A DNA stretch of 64,000 nucleotides from a virus. A program made the translations under genes and the position numbers. Below, one piece after another: positions 48,909 to 58,138 of this stretch (position 1 is its first letter; every line of letters begins with the position of its first letter). Below the pieces are notes generated by a model that worked only from the letters and a program-made list of their open reading frames with translations, did not search any database and was not told the DNA's origin. Where the stretch lies: positions 1-64,000 of IMG/VR virus record IMGVR_UViG_3300037743_000223; one strand, written 5' to 3'.

Positions 48909-49435
48909 ACCGGGCTGAGGTGATCCGGCAGGTGTTCCTGTGGGATCGGGTGGCCGAGCAGGCGGTCGCCCAGGCGGCGGTGTTCCGGGCGATGTTGCAG
49001 GCCGAGGCGGTTGCCGAGTTCAAAGAGCAGGGCACCGCCCCGACGTGGCGGCTGCAGGACATCGCCGCAGTGGTGCTGCCCATCTCCCGCACTGCCCCGG
49101 TCGTAGCAGACCACGAGGCGTTGGCGAAGTGGGTCAGCCTGACCCGCCCGTCTGAGGTGGAGCTGCGGGTGCGGCCCGCCTACGTGAAGGCGCTGCGGGA
49201 CGGCGCGCGCATCGCCGGTGATGCGGTGATCGACCGGGAGGGGACGGTGATCCCGGGCATGGCGGTCCGGGACGGTGGTGTACCCGGGTCGGTGACGCTG
49301 ACCGCAGAGGCGGCGGCGAAGCAGGTGGCGGCGGAGGCGGCGGAGCGGGTGCTGGACATGGTGGCCGTTGCTCTCCACCTGCCCGCGCCCCCGCTGCCAC
49401 CCGAGGTTGACGGGGAGGTGGCCGGCGATGGGTGA
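48905..49435 (+). CDS. hypothetical protein (176 aa)
   Basis: ATGA overlap at 48905. Confidence 0.55.
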   Translation: MNRAEVIRQVFLWDRVAEQAVAQAAVFRAMLQAEAVAEFKEQGTAPTWRLQDIAAVVLPISRTAPVVADHEALAKWVSLTRPSEVELRVRPAYVKALRDGARIAGDAVIDREGTVIPGMAVRDGGVPGSVTLTAEAAAKQVAAEAAERVLDMVAVALHLPAPPLPPEVDGEVAGDG

Positions 49436-49673
49436 GTCACGACTGGTGATGCTCGGTGCGGTGGACGTGGTGGCCCGCCATGTGCTCGCGAACCTGGCCG
49501 AGGGCGCGGCCGAGCAGTGGGAGAACTACCCGGAGATCGGCGAGAGCGACTGGGTCGCTGTGGCTGCCAGGGTGCAGGCGCTGGCGCAGCCACGCCCGGC
49601 GCCGGACCTGTTCGCTGAGGCGTACGCCTACCTGGCTGGGCTCGCTGGGGAGGTGCCGGATGTTGCGGCGTAG
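49428..49673 (+). CDS. hypothetical protein (81 aa)
   Basis: ATG 49428, 8-nt overlap with upstream gene. Confidence 0.5.
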   Translation: MGESRLVMLGAVDVVARHVLANLAEGAAEQWENYPEIGESDWVAVAARVQALAQPRPAPDLFAEAYAYLAGLAGEVPDVAA

Positions 49674-50190
49674 CGCGATGCCGCGCGGCACCAAGCCGCT
49701 GCGGACCCTCACCCCGCTGCTCCGGAAGGTCGGGCTGGCGCAGGTCGGGCGTCGCCGGCAGGCCGAGGCGGAGGCGGCCGGGAGGCCGGTCAAGCCGGCC
49801 CTGACCACCCGCCCGCGCGCGACGGTTCCGGCGGACATGCGGGCAGCGCTGGCCATGCGCTCCGGCGGGGTGTGCGAGATCCAGTTGCCGGGCCTGCCGG
49901 GCCGCCCGGGCTGCACCTGGTGGGCCACCGACGTGTGCCACCGGCGCACCCAGGGCATGGGCGGCCGGTTCGGCGAAGCCAAGGAGGAGATCGACCAGCT
50001 CTCCGACGTGCTCGCCGGGTGCCGCACCTGCCACCGGTACACGCACGATCAGCCGGCCGAGGCGATGGACGACGGGCTCCGGCTCAAGGACTGCATGGAC
50101 CCGCTGGCCGAGCCGGTCCTGTACCGGGGCGTGCTCAGCTACCTGGACGACGTTGGCGGAGTCCGCGACTTCGGGGACGTGGGGCCGTGA
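49660..50190 (+). CDS. HNH endonuclease-like protein
   Basis: ATG 49660; GGVCEI....C.....VCHRRTQGMGG....L...CRTCHRYTH resembles an HNH/zinc-finger core. Confidence 0.55.
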   Translation: MLRRSAMPRGTKPLRTLTPLLRKVGLAQVGRRRQAEAEAAGRPVKPALTTRPRATVPADMRAALAMRSGGVCEIQLPGLPGRPGCTWWATDVCHRRTQGMGGRFGEAKEEIDQLSDVLAGCRTCHRYTHDQPAEAMDDGLRLKDCMDPLAEPVLYRGVLSYLDDVGGVRDFGDVGP

Positions 50191-50597
50191 CCCAGCCGAT
50201 CCCGGTCATGGTGCGCCGCTACGAGTGCCCCCACTGCGGGCACCGGCGGGCGGCGAAGCGCACCGTGTTGGAGCACATCGGCCGGTGCTGGCGCAACCCG
50301 GACGCCCGGGGCTGTCTGACCTGCCGGCACTACTCGCCCGGCGATTACCCCGACCCGACCACCGGCTACCCGGGTTCGGATGAGAGCTGCGACCGGGGGA
50401 TCAGCCTGGCTGGCACGCCCGAGTGCAAGGTGTGCCACGGGCAGGGTCTCGTCCAGGCGGGCGAATACGACGTGAGCCTGTGCCCGGAGTGCGATGGCAG
50501 CGACGCCGAGCCCGGCCAGCCGGGTTGCAACGAGGTGAAGCCGGGGCCGATCAGTGGATGCCACCTGTGGGAGCCGGCCGAGGGGGTACGAACGTGA
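50187..50597 (+). CDS. zinc-finger protein
   Basis: GTGA overlap at 50187; CPHC, CLTC, CKVCHGQG, CPEC motifs. Confidence 0.55.
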   Translation: MTQPIPVMVRRYECPHCGHRRAAKRTVLEHIGRCWRNPDARGCLTCRHYSPGDYPDPTTGYPGSDESCDRGISLAGTPECKVCHGQGLVQAGEYDVSLCPECDGSDAEPGQPGCNEVKPGPISGCHLWEPAEGVRT

Positions 50598-51223
50598 TCA
50601 CCTGGGTTCAGGATGAGCCGCGCCCGGACACCCCGGAGGAACTGGCCTACCGGGCCGGTGAGGCGCAGCGGAAGGCCGAGTGCGCCGACGCCCGCGGCCA
50701 CGTCTGGTGGCTGGAGCTGGAACACCCCGAGGACGGCTCCGGTATCAGCCTCTCGTGCGAGCACTGCCCGGCAGGGTTCGACGACCTGTACCCGGACGGG
50801 GTGGACGCGGTGAACGCCGACGTGGCCGGGGTGGAGATCGCCGCCGGCTGCCACAACTCGCCGGTGCCGCTGCTGATCCCCGTCGACTGCGAGGTGCTGA
50901 CCACCCACACCTCTAACCCGATCGTCGGTGAGGACTGGGATGTGGAGTTCACCGTGGCGGCGCGCGGCCCGTCCCGGCCGGTGATCTGGCCGCCCAACCA
51001 GAGCAACGACAACGAGAGAGCGAGGACTGACGTGACGAAGTTTGAGGTGGGCGACCAGGTTCACATGCCTGGGGTGCCGTTCGTGCTGACGGTGCTGGAG
51101 ATCGGCACCTGTGAGGACGGAGACAAGTGCGAGATGGGCATGGAGACGTTCCGGTTCGCCGACCCCGAGGGCAAGGGCGACGACTGGATGCACTCCAGCC
51201 AGTTCGAGAGGGTGGCGGGCTGA
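50594..51223 (+). CDS. hypothetical protein (209 aa)
   Basis: GTGA overlap at 50594. Confidence 0.55.
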   Translation: MITWVQDEPRPDTPEELAYRAGEAQRKAECADARGHVWWLELEHPEDGSGISLSCEHCPAGFDDLYPDGVDAVNADVAGVEIAAGCHNSPVPLLIPVDCEVLTTHTSNPIVGEDWDVEFTVAARGPSRPVIWPPNQSNDNERARTDVTKFEVGDQVHMPGVPFVLTVLEIGTCEDGDKCEMGMETFRFADPEGKGDDWMHSSQFERVAG

Positions 51224-51549
51224 TGGCAGCGAGGACCAGGCCCGCGCGGGTGATCCAGTTCACGGAGATTGAGCAGCGGTTCCGGCTGGTGCCGCTGCCG
51301 CCGGGCATGGGGACGCATCCGGCGGTAGCCCGGGACGACCGCGGTGAGGGCTACTTCGCCCGGGTGCTGGTGTCGTCCAGCCCGGGCGCCTACGGCGGTT
51401 CGTTGGACAAGTTCACCTACTTCCGGTTCGACAGCGACGGCACCATCACCGAGGCACCACGCGGGTTTGCGAAGGACTACCGGCCGGGCCGGGTTCCGGT
51501 GGAGGAGCTGGACGCCGCAGTGGCCAGGTACGCCGAGGCGAGCCGGTGA
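51223..51549 (+). CDS. hypothetical protein (108 aa)
   Basis: ATGA-type overlap at 51223. Confidence 0.55.
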   Translation: MAARTRPARVIQFTEIEQRFRLVPLPPGMGTHPAVARDDRGEGYFARVLVSSSPGAYGGSLDKFTYFRFDSDGTITEAPRGFAKDYRPGRVPVEELDAAVARYAEASR

Positions 51550-51857
51550 TGGCCGGCCGGGGTGTGCTGTCGCGGCTGCTGCGGTGGCTGGTCCCGGACG
51601 CCACCCCGGGTGTCGGCCCCGTCGCCCGGATCGTCGGCTCGGCGTCGGCCGGCGTGGTTCTGGTCTGGCCGACGATGCTCGCCTTCGGCGTTGCGGCGGA
51701 CTGGGTGGACGAGCCTGCGCTGGCGCTGGCCTGGTGGCAGACAGCCCTGGTAGTCGCGCCTGTCGCTGCATGCCAGTGGGCGGCCCGGGAGGTCCACATC
51801 CGACGCCAGCAGCCGCGGTCCGACCGCTGGCGGGAACGGGAGGGCCGGCGTGGCTAA
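51546..51857 (+). CDS. membrane protein (103 aa)
   Basis: GTGA overlap at 51546; 2-3 TM. Confidence 0.5.
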   Translation: MMAGRGVLSRLLRWLVPDATPGVGPVARIVGSASAGVVLVWPTMLAFGVAADWVDEPALALAWWQTALVVAPVAACQWAAREVHIRRQQPRSDRWREREGRRG

Positions 51858-52233
51858 GGTGCAGAGCGCCACCTTCCCCGTGTCGGTGCCGTCGGTCGAG
51901 CCGACACCGCGCCCGGCTGAGCCGCGTGTGGAGGTCACCCGGTACACCGTCTCGGTACTGCCCGAGGGCAGCATCAACCGTGGCCACTACGACATCACCG
52001 TGGAGGAGCGCCACCCCGGCCGGTGGGGAGTCTGCTGGCTGGGGCGATGTCTGAATGCCGACGGCGAGTGGGACTACGAGCCCAGCCCGTCGAACCGTGA
52101 GGACGACTGGCTGGAGGCGCACCGCTTCGACCTGGACACCGCGCTGCGGCTGGCCAAACAGGCCGCGCCGGGCGTGACCGTCAACGGCATGACCGCGGCG
52201 GAGTGCATCGAGCGGGAGGCCCGGCGTGGCTGA
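51850..52233 (+). CDS. hypothetical protein (127 aa)
   Basis: GTG 51850 in junction CGTGGCTAAGG. Confidence 0.55.
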   Translation: MAKVQSATFPVSVPSVEPTPRPAEPRVEVTRYTVSVLPEGSINRGHYDITVEERHPGRWGVCWLGRCLNADGEWDYEPSPSNREDDWLEAHRFDLDTALRLAKQAAPGVTVNGMTAAECIEREARRG

Positions 52234-52501
52234 GCAGTGGGAGCGGCGGGAGCGGCACCTGGTGACCGTCACCGGCCCGGCGGTGGCCGACGCGGACGAC
52301 GTGATCCGGGAACTGCACGCCGCGATGTCGGACTGGCGGCAGATCGCCGCCGAGCCGCCGAACGTTGGGGTGCCGCCTGGTGCGGTCACCCTGTCCGCTG
52401 TCGGTGGGGTGATCACCGTACGGGTGGATCACGTGGAGTCGGCAGATGTGCCGGACGTGGAGGAGCCGCCGGAGGCGGGGGAGGGGGATCAGCGTGGGTG
52501 A
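52226..52501 (+). CDS. hypothetical protein (91 aa)
   Basis: GTG 52226 in junction CGTGGCTGAGC. Confidence 0.55.
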   Translation: MAEQWERRERHLVTVTGPAVADADDVIRELHAAMSDWRQIAAEPPNVGVPPGAVTLSAVGGVITVRVDHVESADVPDVEEPPEAGEGDQRG

Positions 52502-52673
52502 GGTCGTGAAGTGGCTGCTGATCGGGCTGCTGGCCCTGAACGTTTTGCTGGTGGTGGGCCACGTCGGGAAGCCACGCGGGCCGATCACCCGGTCGACTGC
52601 GGTCGCCGCGGTGGTCATGAACGCGCTGGTCATCGTGGCGATTTTGGCCTACTGGGGAGGTGGCCGTGGCTGA
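52494..52673 (+). CDS. small membrane protein (59 aa)
   Basis: GTG 52494 in GTGGGTGA overlap; two TM. Confidence 0.5.
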   Translation: MGEVVKWLLIGLLALNVLLVVGHVGKPRGPITRSTAVAAVVMNALVIVAILAYWGGGRG

Positions 52674-53031
52674 GCAGGTGATGCCGGAACCGCCGGACGG
52701 TGCAGCCCTGTACTGGCCGGCCCGAGACCCCTCTGAGATACCGGTGATGGTTGTTCGTGATGACCAGTTCGCTGCCTGGCGGGGTGAGCCGGCCAAGCGG
52801 TGGCACGGCCCGAACCAGACCGGCGACTCGACCACCTGGGCGGAGACGTGCCGGATCGCCGAGGCCAACGAAGATCCGGTCGCCGGGGCGGTGCTGCTGC
52901 TTCCCGGCTGGGAACAGATCGGGGAACACCTGGTGTGGCTGGCCACAGGGGCATGCCAGCACTGCCCGGCGCAGTTCGAGCTGTCCACGGAGCTTCCCCG
53001 GTTGCGGGCGAGGGAGGCCGGCGGTGGCTAG
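52666..53031 (+). CDS. hypothetical protein (121 aa)
   Basis: GTG 52666 in junction CGTGGCTGAGC, GGAGG 5 nt upstream (track start 52660 is also in frame). Confidence 0.55.
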   Translation: MAEQVMPEPPDGAALYWPARDPSEIPVMVVRDDQFAAWRGEPAKRWHGPNQTGDSTTWAETCRIAEANEDPVAGAVLLLPGWEQIGEHLVWLATGACQHCPAQFELSTELPRLRAREAGGG

Positions 53032-53269
53032 CGTCCGCAGTGCGATCCTGGCCCAGCTAGACGAGTGGGATGCCCTGCCCTGGGAGTGCATCCGCCTCGC
53101 GGTGCGGGCGTTGCGGGTGGTGCTGGACGCGCACCAGCCGGCCGAGTGTGACGGCTGGTTCCGCTGCGGCGGGATGTCCGCGGCCGGTGGCGGTGCCGAC
53201 TGCCCGACCGTCCTGGCGATCGCCAAGGCCATGGACGTCACAGCGGGGGAGGGGGCCGGCGATGGCTGA
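53024..53269 (+). CDS. hypothetical protein (81 aa)
   Basis: GTG 53024 in junction GGTGGCTAGC. Confidence 0.5.
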   Translation: MASVRSAILAQLDEWDALPWECIRLAVRALRVVLDAHQPAECDGWFRCGGMSAAGGGADCPTVLAIAKAMDVTAGEGAGDG

Positions 53270-53528
53270 CCAGGAGTGGCGCCTAGCCGCGCTGTGCGCA
53301 CAGGTCGATCCGGAGATCTTCTTCCCGGAGAAGGGTGGTTCGGTGATGGCCGCGCTGCGGGTCTGCGGCCGGTGTGAGCCGTGGGTTCGGCAGGCGTGCC
53401 TGGCTGATGCGCTGGCGGTTGAGGCCGAACTGGGCGGGAGCCCGGCCGGGGTGCGCGGCGGGATGACCGCCAAGGACCGGGAGGCGATCCTGCGCCAGCG
53501 GCGGGCCGCGGCGAGGGAGGCGGCATGA
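53262..53528 (+). CDS. whiB: WhiB-family transcription factor
   Basis: ATG 53262; four Cys in WhiB spacing (ALCAQVDPEIFFPE...LRVCGRCEPWVRQAC) and a basic C-terminus. Confidence 0.8.
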   Translation: MADQEWRLAALCAQVDPEIFFPEKGGSVMAALRVCGRCEPWVRQACLADALAVEAELGGSPAGVRGGMTAKDREAILRQRRAAAREAA

Positions 53529-53884
53529 GCGCCCGGGACCTGCTCGCCCAGCAGATGAGCGAGGACCAGCTTCTCGGCCAGGTGCTGGAGTGCGCCGCAT
53601 GGCTGGGGCTGCTGGTGCATCACTGTCGGCCGGCGCGCACCGCGAAGGGCTGGCGCACGCCGATCCAGGGCACCCGGGGTTTCCCCGACCTGGTCATAGC
53701 CGGGCCAGGCGGCGTGATCTACCCGGAGACGAAGGACGCCACCCGCGGGCTGGATGAGGACCAGCGGCAGTGGCGAGACGTGCTGGTGGCATCCGGCCAG
53801 CGGTGGCGGCTTTGGAGGCCGCAGCAGTGGCTCTCCGGGGAGATCCGGGCCGAGCTTGAGGCGCTAGCTAAAGGAGACGGCTGA
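53525..53884 (+). CDS. VRR-NUC domain nuclease
   Basis: ATGA overlap; GFPDLVI...YPETKD... PD-(D/E)XK core in a VRR-NUC-like arrangement. Confidence 0.65.
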   Translation: MSARDLLAQQMSEDQLLGQVLECAAWLGLLVHHCRPARTAKGWRTPIQGTRGFPDLVIAGPGGVIYPETKDATRGLDEDQRQWRDVLVASGQRWRLWRPQQWLSGEIRAELEALAKGDG

Positions 53885-54048
53885 TGTCTTTCTGGCGTGG
53901 GATGCCTACCGGGCACCCGACCCGGCAAGCAAAGGGCTTCCGGTACCGGTGCCCGAAGGGACACGAGCAGAGCTGGTCGGAGCGTCCGGCTGGCCGGGCG
54001 AACTGCAACCGGTGCGGGCGGCAGCTCAAGTACGTGGGACGGGGGTAA
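53884..54048 (+). CDS. small zinc-ribbon protein (54 aa)
   Basis: Not in ORF track; ATGA overlap at 53884; CPKGH...CNRCG. Confidence 0.45.
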   Translation: MSFWRGMPTGHPTRQAKGFRYRCPKGHEQSWSERPAGRANCNRCGRQLKYVGRG

Positions 54049-54052
54049 GGCC

Positions 54053-54391
54053 GTGGCTGAGCAGGCCGAGCCGGGGGTCAGGTTCACCCTGGCCCCCACT
54101 GCCGGGGAGAGCAGCCGGACCGGGCCGCTGCTGGTAATCCCGCTACCCACGGATGCCCGGCTGGTCGCCGCGGTGATGCTGGCCGCCTCCGGCTGGTGGG
54201 AGGACCGCTACGGGCAGCCGCTGCGGTTCGGGCCGCTGCTGGACGAGCGGGACACGCCGTACGGGCGGGCGCTGGTGCTGTGTGAGCCGCCACAAGGAGA
54301 CCGGGCGGCGGCTGCCGGGGGGGCCGGGAACCCCGCCGTGGAGGACCAGCCGCCGCCCCCAGACCAGAGCGAGGTGGACCGTGGCCGCTAA
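54053..54391 (+). CDS. hypothetical protein (112 aa)
   Basis: GTG 54053 in junction CGTGGCTGAGC. Confidence 0.5.
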   Translation: MAEQAEPGVRFTLAPTAGESSRTGPLLVIPLPTDARLVAAVMLAASGWWEDRYGQPLRFGPLLDERDTPYGRALVLCEPPQGDRAAAAGGAGNPAVEDQPPPPDQSEVDRGR

Positions 54392-55403
54392 CAGCAAGAT
54401 CCAGTGGACGGAGCGCACCTGGAACCCTACTGTGGGTTGCGATCGGGTGTCCCCCGGGTGTGACTCCTGCTACGCGATCCGGATGGCCGCCCGGCAGCAG
54501 CGGCACCCGGCCTACGAGGGCACCACGGGCCGGATCAACGGCCGGTTGGACTGGACCGGCCGGGTGAACACCGTTCCCAGCCGGCTTGCTGATCCGCTGT
54601 CGTGGCGCAAGCCGGCGATGGTGTTCGTGGACTCGATGAGCGACTTGTTCCACGCGGACGTTCCGGACGGCTACGTCGCGCAGGTGTGGGACGTGATGGC
54701 CCAGTGCTCCCAGCACACCTTCCAGATCCTCACCAAGCGGCACGGTCGGATGCGGTCGTGGGTGACCCGGTGGGCGGACCGTACCGGGGATGGCGACCAC
54801 GACCGGGGGCTACCGCCGATGCCACGCGGTCCGGAAGCGGTCCGCGCGACCTATACGTCGGGTCGGGCGCGGCTGTTCGCCGACATGCTCGACTCGATGG
54901 GTGAGCCGCCGGAGGGCTGCGCCTACCCGCCGTACGACTGGATGGAGGGCCAGCGGTTCTGGCCGACCGTGCTGCCGAACGTGCACCTTGGCGTCTCGGT
55001 CGAAGACCAACAGTGGGCCGATATTCGCATCCCGGTGCTGCTGCAAACCCCGGCAGCGGTTCGGTGGATCTCCGCCGAGCCGCTGCTCGGACCAGTCGAC
55101 CTGCACGACTGCGACGGGATGGACGCTCTCGAACCGGACTGGGCCGGCGGCGAGTTCGGCGGAACCGGCGCGCCTCATCCGCTGCTGGACTGGGTTGTCA
55201 TCGGCGGCGAGGCCGGCCCGGGTGCCCGGCCGATGGAGCTGGCCTGGGCACGCTCGATCGTCCGCCAGTGTCGATACGCCGGGGTGCCGGTGTTCGTCAA
55301 GCAGCTCGGCTCCCGGTGGGGCCGTAACCACCACGACATCCGGGCGTTCCCGCCGGATCTCCAGGTCCGGGAGTACCCGCGGGAGGTGTCTCATGTCGGC
55401 TGA
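54381..55403 (+). CDS. phage Gp37/Gp68-family protein (DUF5131, three-Cys motif)
   Basis: N-terminus SKIQWTERTWNPTVGCDRVSPGCDSCYA is the family signature. Confidence 0.75.
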   Translation: MAANSKIQWTERTWNPTVGCDRVSPGCDSCYAIRMAARQQRHPAYEGTTGRINGRLDWTGRVNTVPSRLADPLSWRKPAMVFVDSMSDLFHADVPDGYVAQVWDVMAQCSQHTFQILTKRHGRMRSWVTRWADRTGDGDHDRGLPPMPRGPEAVRATYTSGRARLFADMLDSMGEPPEGCAYPPYDWMEGQRFWPTVLPNVHLGVSVEDQQWADIRIPVLLQTPAAVRWISAEPLLGPVDLHDCDGMDALEPDWAGGEFGGTGAPHPLLDWVVIGGEAGPGARPMELAWARSIVRQCRYAGVPVFVKQLGSRWGRNHHDIRAFPPDLQVREYPREVSHVG

Positions 55404-55692
55404 GCCGAGTGTGGATCTGATCGCCGAGGTCCTGGCCCAGCATCACGTGTCGACGGACTGGTTCCGCCGCCGTAGCGGCTGGGCCTGGTCGTGTTCTTGT
55501 CTGACCGACGGGGAGGGGGTGTACCCGGACGGGGATGGTGCCCGCCGGTCCGGGGCCCGGCACCAGGCCGAGGCGGTGGCCGAGGCGTTGGCCCACGGCG
55601 CACCCCAGGTTGTAGCTGTCGACCGGCTTGTAGGTGCGGGGGATGCCGGTAGCCCACACGATCGTGACCCGGGCCACGGGGGTGGTGGGTGA
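55393..55692 (+). CDS. hypothetical protein (99 aa)
   Basis: ATG 55393, overlaps upstream end by 11 nt. Confidence 0.45.
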   Translation: MSAEPSVDLIAEVLAQHHVSTDWFRRRSGWAWSCSCLTDGEGVYPDGDGARRSGARHQAEAVAEALAHGAPQVVAVDRLVGAGDAGSPHDRDPGHGGGG

Positions 55693-56084
55693 TGCCTGAA
55701 CGTATCCAGCTTCGACGCGTCAAGGGGTTCAAGCTCGCCCCGAATGCGCGGAGCGTGGCCCGCCCCGGCTACTACGGCAACCGATACAAGGTCGGCGACT
55801 ACTACCTCGTCGGTGATCTGTTGCCGTTCCCGGTCCCCACCGTGCTGGTCACCGAAGGCCCAGCCGGCGACGCTGGGCTGCGCTGCGTCCAGCTGAAGAG
55901 CCCGGCGAGGGCCGTGGAGTGGTTCCGCCAGTGGGCGACGGCCGGCGGGCTGGCGCCGGCGAAGGTCGAGTTGTTGCGGGGGATGGACTTGGCCTGCTGG
56001 TGCCCGCTGGTCGACCAGGACGGTTTTGATGTTCCCTGCCACGCCGATGTTTTGCTGGAACTCAGTAACGGCGGCACGGCATGA
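55689..56084 (+). CDS. DUF4326 domain protein
   Basis: RPGYYGNRYKVG....LRGMDLACWCP.....CHADVLLELSNG matches the DUF4326 pattern. Confidence 0.7.
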   Translation: MMPERIQLRRVKGFKLAPNARSVARPGYYGNRYKVGDYYLVGDLLPFPVPTVLVTEGPAGDAGLRCVQLKSPARAVEWFRQWATAGGLAPAKVELLRGMDLACWCPLVDQDGFDVPCHADVLLELSNGGTA

Positions 56085-56146
56085 AGGCGATCACAATCCG
56101 CCGGCCGTGGATCGACCAGATCGACCAAAGGGAGGGACGGGGATGA
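56081..56146 (+). pseudogene. possible remnant of an ASCH-like gene (21 codons)
   Basis: MKAITIRRPWIDQI resembles the MKAxSIRQPWA N-terminus of ASCH proteins, then stops; ATGA overlaps at both ends. Confidence 0.25.
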
Positions 56147-56391
56147 TCCCGATTCTGGTGCTTGTCACAATCCTGGCCACCTCAGCGGTGACCGTGCCGC
56201 TGACCTACCTGTACGCCCGCCGGCCCCGGCCGACCTTCCCACCCCGGCAGCGGCAGCTGCTAGACGAGTCGATGTCGCTGCTGTGGCGTTTCCTGCACCC
56301 CGTTGACCTGGACCGGTTCGACACCCTGTCGGACCGGTCGAAGGAGGCAGCCGAGCGGCTGCTGACCCGCTACCAGAAGGAGATCAAGTGA
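56143..56391 (+). CDS. small membrane protein (82 aa)
   Basis: ATG 56143 after AAAGGGAGGGA; N-terminal TM. Confidence 0.55.
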   Translation: MIPILVLVTILATSAVTVPLTYLYARRPRPTFPPRQRQLLDESMSLLWRFLHPVDLDRFDTLSDRSKEAAERLLTRYQKEIK

Positions 56392-57338
56392 GGGCACCAA
56401 ATCGCGTGTTCCGCGTGCTGGCGCTGGCCGTTGCCGGCGTGGCGCTGCTACTCGGCTCGGCCGCGTGCACGATCACCCCGCAGCCGGACGAGATCAAGCT
56501 GCACTACCACGGCGGCCCGCTGGAGGGCAACAGCTTCGACCGGGTGGTGCTACCCGGCGACTCGGCCGGGAACTGGAACGTCGCCGACACGACGATCGGG
56601 CTGCCGACCAGCCTGCGGACGTGGAACATCGCGCCAGGTTCGGCCGACCAGGACGCGCCGATCGTGGCTCCCGCCAAGGACAACGTGCCGGTGGCGGTGT
56701 GGCTCCAGGTGAACATGCTGCTGAATACGAACACTGACGACGCCGAGGGCTTCCCCGGTGGGACGTTGCGGGAGTTTTGGGAGGTCATCGGCCGCCGGTA
56801 CAAGGCGGACACCGAGGGCGGCTGGCTGGACATGATGGCAGTGACGGTGGTGCCCGCACTCACCAAGGCGGTCACGGACACCGTGCGGGCTTACGACTCG
56901 GAACCGTTGGTGTACAACACCGACGGTGTCTACTCGGAGGTGCAGCCGGAGATCGGCCGTCGTTTCCAGGCCGAGCTGGAGCGGCTGTCTGGCGGGGACT
57001 TCTTCTGCGGCACTAGCTTCGTCCCGGACTGGCGCGACGGCGGCGGGGAGTGCCCGAACGTTGAGCTGATCCTGACCAACGTCGACTTCGCCAACGCCGA
57101 CATTCAGGCGGCTCGGGACCAGCGGGCGGTGGCGGAGGAAGAGGCCGCGGCGGCGCTGGTCGAGGCGCAGGGCCACACGGCCGCGCAGGACGAGTTGAAC
57201 CAGGCGCTGGCCGACCCGGCCTATCTGGAGTACCTGATCGCCCAGATGCAGCTTCAGGCGGCGCAGGCGTGCGCGCAAGGTGCCAACTGCACGGTGATCG
57301 TCGGTGGGGGGGTTAACCCGGTGGTGCCGACCCGATGA
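56388..57338 (+). CDS. lipoprotein with SPFH/band-7-like domain
   Basis: Lipobox LLLGSAAC; central region and Ala/Gln-rich coiled C-terminus reminiscent of SPFH proteins. Confidence 0.5.
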   Translation: MRAPNRVFRVLALAVAGVALLLGSAACTITPQPDEIKLHYHGGPLEGNSFDRVVLPGDSAGNWNVADTTIGLPTSLRTWNIAPGSADQDAPIVAPAKDNVPVAVWLQVNMLLNTNTDDAEGFPGGTLREFWEVIGRRYKADTEGGWLDMMAVTVVPALTKAVTDTVRAYDSEPLVYNTDGVYSEVQPEIGRRFQAELERLSGGDFFCGTSFVPDWRDGGGECPNVELILTNVDFANADIQAARDQRAVAEEEAAAALVEAQGHTAAQDELNQALADPAYLEYLIAQMQLQAAQACAQGANCTVIVGGGVNPVVPTR

Positions 57339-57625
57339 TCGGAACCCGTGGCGACCTTGACCGGGTGCTCCAGCGGACCGGCGCGACCTACCGGCAGCTG
57401 GACTGGTGGTGCCGGCAGGGGTACCTGAGCCCCGGCACCCCGGGGATCGGTGCGGTGCGTGACTGGCCCGAGTCTGAGATCAGGGTGGCCGCGGCGATGG
57501 TGCGCCTGACCGCGGTGGGGATACCACCGAGGCTGGCCGTGGAGGTGGCACGCGCTGGGGGCAGCCTGGAAGCCGGGCCGGGTGTGTACATCAGCCTGGG
57601 TGACCCTGGCGGAGGGCTGCCGTGA
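57335..57625 (+). CDS. MerR-like HTH protein
   Basis: ATGA overlap; TGATYRQLDWWCRQGYL....WPESEIRVAAAMVRL. Confidence 0.5.
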   Translation: MIGTRGDLDRVLQRTGATYRQLDWWCRQGYLSPGTPGIGAVRDWPESEIRVAAAMVRLTAVGIPPRLAVEVARAGGSLEAGPGVYISLGDPGGGLP

Positions 57626-57703
57626 GGGTTCCGCCGTTGCCGTCGGTCCGCTGCCCGCAGTGCCACCGGTCGGTGGTGCTCGGCCTGTTCGGGGAGGTGG
57701 CTG

Positions 57704-58138
57704 ATGTTGTACGTGCTGGTGGCGGGTAGCCGGACATGGGACCTGCGGGGCTACGTCTGCTGGGTGCTGGACCGGCTGCTGCAGGAGCATGACCGGCTTG
57801 TGTTGTTCCACGGCGCGTCGCGTGGTGGTGGCGCCGACGCTCACGCGGACTGGTGGGCCACACGTTGGCCCTACCCGGCTACCCGGGTAGGGGTTCGCCG
57901 GTTTCCGGTGGACTTGGTGCTGGACGGCCCGTGGCCGGCGGCCGGTCACCGGCGCAACGAGCGGATGGTGGCCGAGTTTGCCTCGGATGTGGACGCTGCT
58001 GGTGCCCGGGACTCGGCGCAGGTGCACGGCTTCCTGCGTGATTCCAGCCCGGGCACTATCGGCTGCCTCAAGGCGGCGCGGCGTGCCGGGTTCGCCCCGA
58101 CGGTGTACCGCTACGAGGAGGTGAGCGCCGGTGGCTAG
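57704..58138 (+). CDS. DUF2493 / SLOG-family protein
   Basis: VLVAGSRTW...LFHGASRGGGADAHADWWA...FPVD...AAGHRRNERM...SPGT pattern of DUF2493. Confidence 0.65.
   Translation: MLYVLVAGSRTWDLRGYVCWVLDRLLQEHDRLVLFHGASRGGGADAHADWWATRWPYPATRVGVRRFPVDLVLDGPWPAAGHRRNERMVAEFASDVDAAGARDSAQVHGFLRDSSPGTIGCLKAARRAGFAPTVYRYEEVSAGG

Noticed and set aside
57622-57729. 35-codon ORF (VRVPPLPSVRCPQCHRS...) bridging the MerR-like and DUF2493 genes, and a 24-codon ORF at 33000-33074
   Set aside because: Both are coupled by GTGA/ATGA overlaps and could be real micro-proteins. They are too short, and their 3' parts overlap neighbouring genes or have weak GC3, so neither is listed as a feature.
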